From IMG/VR virus record IMGVR_UViG_3300022925_000005: a stretch of 64,000 nucleotides of DNA. One strand, 5' to 3'. Shown piece after piece: positions 28,202 to 40,200 of the stretch. The position numbers and the translations under genes are program-made. Source of the stretch: a virus. A model generated the notes under the pieces. The model was not told the origin of the DNA. It saw nothing but the letters and a program-made list of their open reading frames with translations, and did not search any database. Each line of letters starts with the position of its first letter. The first letter of the stretch is position 1.

Positions 28202-31200
28202 TTAACTCATATTTGCTGCGGATAGGAATCCGTAATACGATACCCCTCCATCATAAGTATAGAATACCAAAATATCCGTTCCAGCCGCAGTTAAAGCCGG
28301 TGCAACACCACCTGCCCATAATACTCCAGCTGGCCATGTGATTGCTTGTGAACCACCATTATTTAATACCAATGTAAATCCAAATGCTTTCGGAGCTGCC
28401 GGTGAATTTGTAAACGATATTGTTGATGTTGTGTTTACAGTGTACTCAAAGTTATTTGCTGATGTTAAATCGATTGATGTACTACCACCAGTTCCCAAAG
28501 TTGAATAAAGTTCAACAAAGTTTTTAGTGTGAATTGAGGTTGAACCACTAACTTCACCACTTGCGATTAAATCACCACTTAGGTTAACATCACCAACTAC
28601 ACTTAACGTAGTTCCATCGTAAACTAAATCAGTATTAACGTATTGGTAATTATTTGTATTATCCCAACGAACTACACCATCATCAGTTGTACCATTTTGA
28701 TTAATACTTGTTCCAGAAGAACCCGAAGAACCATGACTACCAGCACTACCATTAGTTCCATCAACACCATTCGTTCCATCAACACCACTCTCACCAGAAG
28801 TACCGGATGAACCACTACTACCAGCACTACCAAAGTTTGTACCATCTAAACCAGATGAACCCGATGTTCCGTTTGAACCAGTAATACCAGATGTACCAGA
28901 CGAACCCGCCCCAGACGTACCCGATGAACCCGATGTACCAAATAACGTACCATCAAGTCCAGAAGTACCGCTTATACCAGAAGTACCATCAGAACCAGAT
29001 AACCCTGATGTTCCAGATGAACCTGCACCAGAAGTACCCGAAGAACCAGAAGAACCAAATAAGGTACCATCTTGTCCAGATGTTCCACTAACACCCGAAG
29101 TACCCGATGAACCTATTCCAGATGTACCAGAAGAACCATCTATACCAGATGTTCCGTTAGTTCCTGATGAACCCGAAGAACCAAATAAAGTTCCATCTCT
29201 ACCAGATGTACCACTCGCACCAGATGTACCAGACGAACCAACTCCGCTTGTTCCAGAAGAACCACTTTGACCAGATGTACCATTAGTACCAGATGTACCA
29301 CTACTTCCGAATAAAGTTCCATCAAGTCCAGAAGTACCACTAACACCTGAAGTTCCATCAGAGCCCAATCCAGATGTACCACTACTTCCACTAACACCAG
29401 ATGTTCCAGAAGTACCAGACGAACCGAATAAAGTTCCATCTCTACCTGAGGTACCACCAGTACCAGAAGTACCATTTGAACCAATTAACCCATCTAATCC
29501 AGAAGTACCAGAAGAACCACTAACACCAGAAGTACCTGTTGTTCCAGAAGAACCGAATAAGGTTCCATCTCTACCACTTGTCCCAGAAGTACCCGAAGAA
29601 CCCAATCCGCTTGTTCCAGAAGAACCAGAAGAACCTGCTGTACCTGAAGAACCAGACGAACCAAATAAAGTTCCATCCTGTCCAGATGTTCCAGAAGTAC
29701 CATTACTTCCCAAACCAGAAGTACCAGATGAACCACTACTACCAGACGTACCAGTAGTACCTGAAGAACCAAATAATGTCCCATCAAGTCCGCTCGTTCC
29801 GCTGATACCAGAAGTACCCGAAGAACCTAATCCACTCGTACCCGATGAACCACTTGTTCCAGAAGAACCCGAAGAACCGCTTGAACCAAATAAAGTTCCA
29901 TCTCTACCAGATGTTCCAGCAGTACCTGATGAACCGAATCCAGATGTTCCAGATGAACCACTACTACCAGAAGTACCATCAACTCCAGAAGTACCACTAC
30001 TTCCGAATAAGGTACCATCCTGCCCAGAAGTTCCGCTGATACCTGAAGTACCTGAAGAACCCAATCCACTCGTACCAGATGAGCCAGATGAACCAGAAGT
30101 ACCAGTTGTACCAGATGAACCAAATAAAGTTCCATCTCTACCGCTTGTTCCAGAAGTTCCAGATGAACCTAACCCAGATGTACCACTGCTACCAGAAGAA
30201 CCAGAAGTTCCACTACTACCACTACTACCAAAGAATGTACCATCAACACCAGATGTACCACTTATACCAGAAGTACCACTACTTCCACTTACACCATCAG
30301 TACCAGTCGAACCTGATGAACCAGAAGTTCCAGCCTCACCTGATGTACCACTACTACCAAATAAGGTACCATCTTGTCCAGATGTTCCACTCACACCAGA
30401 TGTACCCGATGAACCGAATCCAGATGTTCCAGAAGAACCCGATGAACCCGATGTACCACTTATACCCGAAGAACCAGATGAACCGAAGAATGTACCATCT
30501 ACACCTGAAGTTCCAGAAGTACCAGCAGAACCACTTTCACCGCTTGTTCCAGATGAACCGCTACTACCACTTGTCCCACTTATACCAGATGAACCTGATG
30601 AACCAAAGAATGTTCCATCAACTCCAGAAGTACCACCAGTTCCAGTGGTTCCAGATGAACCCGATGAACCAGAACTTCCAGATGAGCCTGAGGTTCCAGA
30701 TGAACCACTACTACCAAATAAGGTACCATCTTGCCCAGATGAACCCGATGTACCAGAAGTACCAGCTGAACCACTACTACCACTTGTCCCACTACTACCA
30801 GAAGAACCTGAAGTTCCACTACTACCAGATGAACCACTTATACCACTTGTTCCAGATGTACCATCGGTACCAGTTGAACCTGATGTTCCAGATGAACCAG
30901 AAGTTCCGTTTGTACCAGATGTTCCAGATGTTCCGCTTGTGCCAGAAGTTCCAGAAGTACCCGATGTTCCATCAGTACCAGTTGAACCAGACGTACCTGA
31001 GGTACCATCCGTTCCAGATGTTCCGCTTGTTCCAGAAGTTCCCGAAGTACCATGCGAACCAGTTGTACCACTCGTACCAGAAGTACCACTACTTCCACTT
31101 GTCCCAGACGTTCCATCAGTACCAGAAGTTCCAGACGTACCGCTTGTTCCAGATGTACCTGATGTTCCACTTGTTCCAGAAGTACCACTACTACCTGATG

Positions 31201-34200
31201 TTCCAGAAGTACCAGATGACCCAGCTTGTCCAGATGTACCACTACTACCCGATGTTCCAGAAGTACCCGATGTTCCGCTTGTTCCAGAAGAACCACTACT
31301 TCCACTTGTCCCAGCTGAACCTGATGTTCCAGATGTACCATCTTCACCAGAAGTACCCGAAGAGCCAGATGTTCCAGATGTACCGGATGAACCCTCACTT
31401 CCAGAAGTACCACTACTACCACTACTTCCACTCGTTCCTGAAGTACCAGATGAACCACTCAATCCACTTGTACCAGATGAGCCAGATGAACCCGAAGTAC
31501 CAGATGAGCCGCTTGAACCGCTTGTTCCAGAAGAACCCGAAGAGCCGGTTGAACCAGATGTACCTGATGTTCCACTACTTCCACTACTACCAGACGAACC
31601 TGAAGAACCCGAAGTACCAGATGAACCTGAAGAGCCAGATGAACCAGAAGTTCCACTACTACCAGATGAACCAGATGAACCAGAAGTTCCAGATGTTCCA
31701 GAAGAGCCTGAAGAACCAGATGAGCCTGAGGTTCCAGATGTTCCAGATGTTCCACTACTACCACTACTTCCACTTGTCCCAGATGTTCCACTACTACCAC
31801 TTGTCCCAGATGTTCCACTACTACCAGAAGTTCCACTGGTACCAGATGTTCCGCTTGTCCCAGAAGAACCACTTGTCCCAGAAGTACCGCTTGTCCCAGA
31901 AGAACCAGAAGTTCCAGCTGAACCTGATGTTCCAGATGTACCACTTGAACCAGAAGAACCAGATGTACCTGAGGTACCACTACTTCCACTTGTCCCAGAT
32001 GTTCCTCCACTACCAGAAGTACCAGAAGAACCTGCGGTACCCGAAGAACCACTACTTCCACTACTTCCACTTGTCCCAGAAGAACCTGATGAGCCAGAAG
32101 AACCAGATGTTCCAGAGGAACCACTACTTCCACTACTTCCACTTGTCCCAGCTGAACCAGAAGAACCCGATGAGCCTGATGAACCAGAAGAACCTGAAGT
32201 TCCTCCACTACCACTACTACCACTACTTCCACTTGAACCAGAAGTACCAGCTGAACCTGTTGTTCCAGAGGAACCACTACTTCCACTACTACCGCTTGAA
32301 CCAGAAGAACCAGAGGTTCCACCACTACCAGATGAACCAGATGAGCCGGAAGTACCACTTGTCCCAGATGAACCTGATGTACCACTTGTACCAGAAGTTC
32401 CAGACGAACCAGAGCTACCACTTGAACCAGATGAACCCGATGAACCACTACTACCAGAAGTACCAGATGTACCGGTTGTACCAGATGTTCCCGATGTACC
32501 AGATGTTCCACTACTACCAGATGAACCTGATGTTCCGTTGGTTCCAGATGTACCACTTGTCCCAGATGTTCCAGACGAACCAGAAGAACCAGAAGTACCT
32601 CCACTACCAGCGGTACCAGTTGTACCACTACTACCAGAAGAACCATCCACACCATCAGCACCTTGTGCGGCTTCTATATCTCTTTTTTCTAATCTACCAG
32701 TTACCTCATTGTATGTTACTACGAAATCAGATGAACCAGTTTCTAAATTTTGTATGAATGTACTACCAGTAATAACTAAACTACCACTTATATCCAAACT
32801 ACCAGTTAGTTCAGCGTATCCCTCAAATGGGAACCCAGCTCCACTACCACCGGCGTTTAATGCGTATTCTGCAATCGAAGCAAATGATGCTGAGTAAACA
32901 TACATCGATGCCGTTTGGTCAGAATTTAAATCGCCACCACCACCAGCTTCACCAGCGTTCAATGCGTATGAAGCAGTTAATGCGTAGAATGAATATGATG
33001 ATGTTGCAACACTCATAGAAGATGTTTGTGAACTTTGAATAAAGTCCCCACCTTCAGAAGATGCTGCGTTTAATGCGTATGATGCGGTAAGAGCGAACGA
33101 TGAACTCAACACCGTCATAGATGCGGTTTGTTCGTTTCTTACAAAGTTTTCTAAATCATTAAGTAGTGCAATGGATGCGGAATCAATACCTGCAACATTT
33201 TGTGCTATATCCGCAGTTGCTGCTGAAATTGCTCTAGATGCTGATGGTACTATACCTATTACATTATCTCCACTAATTGCTCCACTTATTTTTGAACCAC
33301 CAGTACCAACAACAACGTGTCCACTTGTCAACCCACTAAAGGTTACTCTTACAGTGTTACTATTTAAAGGTTCAATTGCTTGAGGAATAATCATTCCATT
33401 CGAACCAGTTTCATAAACCTGTACGATTGGGTACTCAACATCAAAGTTGTGTACAATTGTTACCTCAGTTACATTTGTAAATGGTTCTGCTAAAGTTGGT
33501 GTACTTTCAGGTACAGGTACATATTTAGAACGAGCTTCATCATAGATAAGAATATCTCTATCATCAGCATCACCTTCACCATAATATCCACCATAAAGTG
33601 AACCAGTAATTTGCCCACCATTAATAATTGGTGAGTATATATTTTTTTCTACACTCAACCCCCCACTAATGGATGCTGAAGTGTTTATTTGTAATCCTAA
33701 GTTTGGTGAAATTTGTGCAAATGCCGAACCACTCTCTAAAAGTGAAGTTTCAAATGCTAAGTTAGCGATATTGATATTACTCAATCCACTACCATCCCCA
33801 ACAAATGATGAACCACTAGCTACAACAACATCACTACCAGTTACAAATATCCCCCCACTCACTTGTAGAGATTGGGATACATTAACTCCTACATTTATTT
33901 CCAATCCTTTATTAGGAGAAATAACTGCTACTGCCGAACCAGATTCAATTTTATCTAATTTTAAATCTTGTAATGATTCAGCTGGGATGTTAAATAATCC
34001 ACTACCATCACCATCGTATCGAGATGCGGTTATTGGAACATTAACTAATAATCTCTCAGGGTCAACTTCTGCGAATCCAGACCCAGAGTTAATTATATTT
34101 AACTCCAAATCCTCAAGTGCATCAAGTGGAATGTTAAATAATCCACCACCATCACCTTGGAATAGTGATGCTGATAATGAACCACTAATATCAACCGAAG

Positions 34201-37200
34201 ATGTAAATTGAGAACCACTAAATGTATTTACAATAAAGAACTCACCACTCTCAACAGATGCGGTTGCCGAACCACTTGCTATCTTTGGAGATGCCGCCGC
34301 TTGTACGTTTGTAATCTGAGAACCATCTCCAACAAATGCTCTAGCTATTACAGATTCGGAAACATATACCGAACCACTAAATTCAGATTTAATTGGTCCG
34401 TTAGAATCTTCTACTCTGAAGAATCCACCAGCATCTACCGATGCGGTAACTGAACCAGTAAAAATACGAGTAGTATCGAATGCCAAATTAGCGATATCGA
34501 TATTTCTCAATCCACTACCATCACCAGTGTAAATACCATCTATGGTAATTGAACCACTTACATCAATTGAACCAGTAAATGTAGAACCATTTTCAACTGA
34601 AGTTACTACAAATCCAGTATCAGGGTCAACTGATGCAGTTACTGAACCAGATGTGATTTGATTTATTTCTAAAGATAAGTTTGCTAATTGGATATTTGTT
34701 AATCCACTACCATCACCTTCAAATGAACCGGAGAATGAACCACTAAGTTCATCCGCAGTTACAATACTAGCACTTAATATAGTTGTGGTAATATCATTAC
34801 TTACAACCAAACTACCAGTTACATTAATAGAACCAGTAAATTGAGAACCACTATCAACAGAGGTTACAATGAATCCATTATCAGGTGAAACCGATGCGGT
34901 TACACTACCACTCTTTATTTCAGTTGAAATTAGAGCTTCAATAGCTTCAATTGAAAGTGCGGTTAGTGGTATATCAAATAATTCAGCACCACTACCACTA
35001 AAGGTAGAACCACTATTAACACTTATACCACCACTTACAAATAATGAACCTGTAAATTGAGAACCACTATCAGCTGATTCTACTTTTAATCCAAAATTAG
35101 GTGAAACCGATGCGGTTACACTACCACTTGCTATTCTAAATGAATCCCCACTAAATGCAGATTGTGGAATATTAAATAACCCCTCACCACTACCACTAAA
35201 GAATCCACTACCAGATGGTATAGTTACATTACCATCAACTGATACTGAACCACTAAAGGTAGAACCACTATCAACTGATGTTACAACGAATCCATTATTA
35301 GGTGAAACCGATGCGGTTACAGAACCACTTGCGATTCTAAATGCATCACCGGTTAGTTGAGAAAATGGTATATCTATTAAATCTTTACCACTACCACTAA
35401 ATGAACCACTAATAGAATCAGCTATTACAATTTGTGATGTGATTGTGTTTGTTACATCAACCGAACCAGTTATAGAAACCGAGCCAGTAAATTCAGAACC
35501 CTCTAATGATGATTCTACTCTAAATCCAAATTCAGGTGAAACTGATGCAGTTACTGAACCGCTTGAGATTCTTACAGCATCATCTGTAAGTGCTGATTGT
35601 GGGATATTAAATAATCCACTACCATCACCACTAATGATTCCATCATCAACGTTAAGTGAACCACTTACGTTTACGGAACCAGTAAATTCTTGTCTATCTG
35701 ATGTTTTATCACCAAATGTGTTTGAACCAGAAGAATAAATTACTTCTGAGTTTATAAATGTTACGTTTAATTCAGTTGCGGTTATTTTACCACCTACATA
35801 TAAATCATTATCAACACTCAAATCACCTTCAATAGATGATGATGTATTAACTACAAACCCTAAGTTTGGTGAAATAGATGCAGTTGCCGAACCAGACGCA
35901 ATTAATGTACTAACTAATGCATCAGGGGTTAATGCCGTTCTAGGTATATCAAATAGTTTAGCACCACTACCACTAAATGAACCACTTGTCAATTGGATAT
36001 CACCAAAGAAAGTTGAACCACTTACTTGTGAGTTTACAACAAACCCATCAATCGGGTCAACAGATGCGGTTACACTACCAGTTGCTAATTTAGAAGCATC
36101 AATTGATTGTAATGCCGTAATTGCAGATTGTGCTTCATCAGATAACGCTGTATCAGGTATATCGAATAATAATGCACCACTACCACTAAATGAAGAACCA
36201 CTTTCTACTCTAACTTCTCCAAAGAAAGTTGAACCAATATCAGTTGAAGTTACAACAAATCCATCAACAGGTGATGTAGAAGCAGTAACACTACCACTTG
36301 CAATAAATGCTGATAGAAGTGCATCTTCGGTAAGTGCGGTTTTTGGAATATCGAATAAGTTGGCACCACTACCACTAAAGGATGAGCCACTTTGTACTCT
36401 AACTTCTCCAAAGAAAGTTGAACCACTATCAACTGATGTTACAATAAATCCATTTTCTGGATGTGTAGATGCAGTTACACTACCACTAAAGATTAAAGAT
36501 GTATCTAAATCAGATATTGCCGATTTTGGTATATTAAATAGATTAGCACCACTACCACTAAATGAACCTGTTTGAAGTTTTACATCACCAAAGAAAGTTG
36601 AACCACTTTCGATTGAAGTTACAACAAATCCATCATCAGGTGTTACCGATGCGGTAATCGAACCAGACGTTATTTTACTAATTTCAAATGATAATGCTGC
36701 TTCTGGAATATCAAATAATCCAGCACCACTACCACTAAATACTTTACCAGGCTCAGCAATAATACCATTTTCACCAAGTTCGATTACATCAGTTATACTC
36801 AACGATGTATCCATACTTACCGAACCAGTAAATTGAGAACCACTATCAGCTGATGTTACAACAAATCCTTTGTTTGGTGAAACGGATGCGGTTACTGAAC
36901 CACTTACAATTTCAGTAGTTAAAAGAGCATCTTCGGTAAGTGCTGAACGGGGTATATCAAATAAACCGGCACCACTACCAGTAAACATAGATGCGGATAC
37001 ATTACCCTCTACATTAAGTAATCCATTTATATCAACACTACCTACAAATGTGGAACCACTTTCGGCTGATGTTACAACAAATCCTTCATTTGGTGCAACA
37101 GTTGCGGTAACTGCCCCACTTACTATTTCATTAACAACAATATCAGTTAATTCAGCACCACTACCTTTGAAAGTAGATGCAGATACGAATGTACCAGCAG

Positions 37201-40200
37201 TTATAGAAGTTGTTGTTTTTACTGAACCAGTAAATTGTGAACCAACTATTTGAGATGTTACTCTAAATCCAGCATCAGGTGATACATCAGCTACAACAGA
37301 TGCGCTAACCATTTCGGTTACAACTACATCAGTCAAATCTCTACCACTACCTTTGAAACCAGATGCGGTTACTGCATTATCAACTTGTATTGAACCACTA
37401 AATATGGAACCATTATCAACCGATACTACTTTAAACACATTATCTTCGGTAGATGCAGTTACACTACCACTAGCTATTAAAGCTGATAAAAGTGCATCTT
37501 GTGTAAGTGCTGAACGAGGTATATCAAATAACTGTGCACCACTACCACTAAATGAACCAGTTTGAACTTTTACATCACCAAAGAAGGTCGAACCACTAGC
37601 AATGGATTCTACTTTGAACCCATCCTCCTTTGAAACGGATGCAGTAACTGAACCAGTAACCAATCGTTTTGAATCACCAGCTACAACCGATGCAAATGCA
37701 TCTTCGGATGAAACAGATATTGCCGCAAATGGTATATCAGTTAATTTAGCACCACTACCACTAAAGGATGAACCACTAACTACACCAACATCCCCAAAGA
37801 ATGTTGAACCGCTAGCGATTGATGTTACAATAAATCCATTTTTTGCATCAACGGATGCAGTTACACTTCCACTTACTAATAGCTTCGATTCATCCGATAC
37901 CAATGATATGATAGATGTTTGTGCATCATCGGAAAGTGCTGAGAATGGAATATCAAATAACCTTTCACCACTACCACTAAAAGCAGAACCACTTTGTACT
38001 CTAACTTCTCCAAAGAAAGTTGAACCACTCGCAACGGATGTTATAATAAATCCAGCATTAGCATCAACTGATGCAGTTACCGAACCACTTACTAATATTT
38101 TTGATTCATCAGATACTAACGATGTGATAGATGCCTGCGCATCATCAGAAAGTGCTGAGAATGGTATATCTCTTAATTTTTCACCACTACCACTAAAAGC
38201 AGAACCACTTTCTACTCTAACTTCCCCAAAGAAAGTTGAACCACTTTCAACTGAGGTAACAACAAATCCATCATCCGGAGTTACAGATGCGGTTATTGCC
38301 CCACTTACAATTAAATTGGATAAAAGTGCATCTTGCGTAAGTGCTGAACGTGGTATATCAAATAGATTAGCTCCACTACCACTAAATGAACCAGTTTGTA
38401 CCTTTACATCACCAAAGAAAGTTGAACCACTTTCAATTGAAGTTACAACAAACCCATCATCAGGTGTTACAGACGCTGTTACACTACCACTTACAATAAA
38501 TGATGATAATAATGCATCAGGGGTTAATGCTGCTCTCGGTATATCAAATAAATTAGCACCACTACCACTAAATGAACCAGTTTGAAGTTGTATATCTCCA
38601 AAGAAGGTTGAACCACTATCAATTGATGTTACTACAAATCCATCTTCGTTTGAAACTGATGCGGTTACATCACCTTCGGTAATTTTAGTTGCCGCAACTA
38701 CTTCCTCAGCAAGTGCGGATAATGGTATATTAAATAGTTGTTCACCACTACCACTAATGAAAGAACCAGATGATAAGAAAATCGAACCACTAAAAGTTGA
38801 ACCACTTTCAACAGAAGTTACTAAGAATCCCCCATCGGGTGTTACGGATGCGGTTACAGCTCCACTTACAATTAAGTTAGATAATTGAGCATCTTGGGTA
38901 AGCGCAGAACGAGGAATATTAAATAGTTTTTCACCACTACCAGAGAAGAACGAACCACTACTTAGGAATATACTTCCACTAAAGGTTGAACCACTTTCAA
39001 CAGAAGTTACTAAGAATCCACCTTCAGGTGTTACAGATGCGGTTACAGCACCACTAACAATTAAATTTGAAAGAAGTGCATCCGGTGTTAATGCTGCTCT
39101 TGGAATATTGAATAGATTTTCACCACTACCACTAAAAGATGAGCCACTTTTTATACTAACACCACCACTTACAAATAATGATGAACTGAATTCAGCTCTA
39201 TCGGTACCCTCTAATCTAAATCCGAAATTAGGGTCAACCGATGCAGTTACTGAACCACTTACAATAAATGATGATAATAATGCATCAGGGGTTAATGCTG
39301 CTTTTGGAATATCAAATAAGTTGGCACCACTACCACTAAAGGATGAACCACTATTGATTTCAATATTTCCACTTACAAATAATGAACCTGTAAATTGTGA
39401 ACCACTATCTACTGATATTACAATGAATCCATCATTATTATCAACCGATGCGGTTACATTACCATCAACTATCCTAGTTGATTCAGCAGCGGCAGGTAGA
39501 TTGAATAATCTACTACCATCTCCTTCGAAAAATGAAGAAGATACATATGAGGCAGTTACATTATTGGTTGATATATCACCACCAACTTTAAGTGAGCCAC
39601 TAATATCACCACTACCACTAATAACCAACTCATTACCTATCGATAGGGAACCACTAATGGTACCACTACCACTAACTACTAAATCGTTTGATATGGTTGT
39701 ACTACCCTCAACATCTAATGAACCAGTTATACCAACCGAACCAGTAAATTCTTGCAAATCACCAGTTGTATTACCAAATCGATTCGAACCAGATGAGAAT
39801 ATAATAGATGAAGATACTATCTCAACTAAAATTTCTCTAGCTACTATTCTATTATCTACAAATAAATCACCAGTAACTCTAACATCACCATTGATATCCA
39901 TATCACCATCAAATGATGATGATACATTTACTAAGAATCCAGTATTTGGTGCAATCGATGCGGATGCAGAACCACTTATTAATTGGCTTGAGAATGGTAG
40001 ATTATTTAATTGAGAACCATCTCCGGCAAATGAGCCTGAGAATGAACCACTAAATTCCTCTAATTGTATTTTTGTGATAAATAAACGATTTCCATCAATA
40101 TCAGATGCAATAAGTGCAACAGAACCACTTTGGATGCTACCACTTAGTGGAACCCCTAAATTGGGTTCTGCTTCCTGTAATGATAAGTACTCATACCTAT

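Noticed and set aside
28891-32897. Plus-strand 750- and 892-aa ORFs and minus-strand VLLVHL-type ORFs
   Set aside because: Same shadow effect from the Gly-X-X tract of the 4018-aa gene.
28710-40050. Bacterial ice-nucleation protein (InaZ-type)
   Set aside because: It lacks the AGYGSTxTA 16-residue periodicity. The similarity is only compositional.
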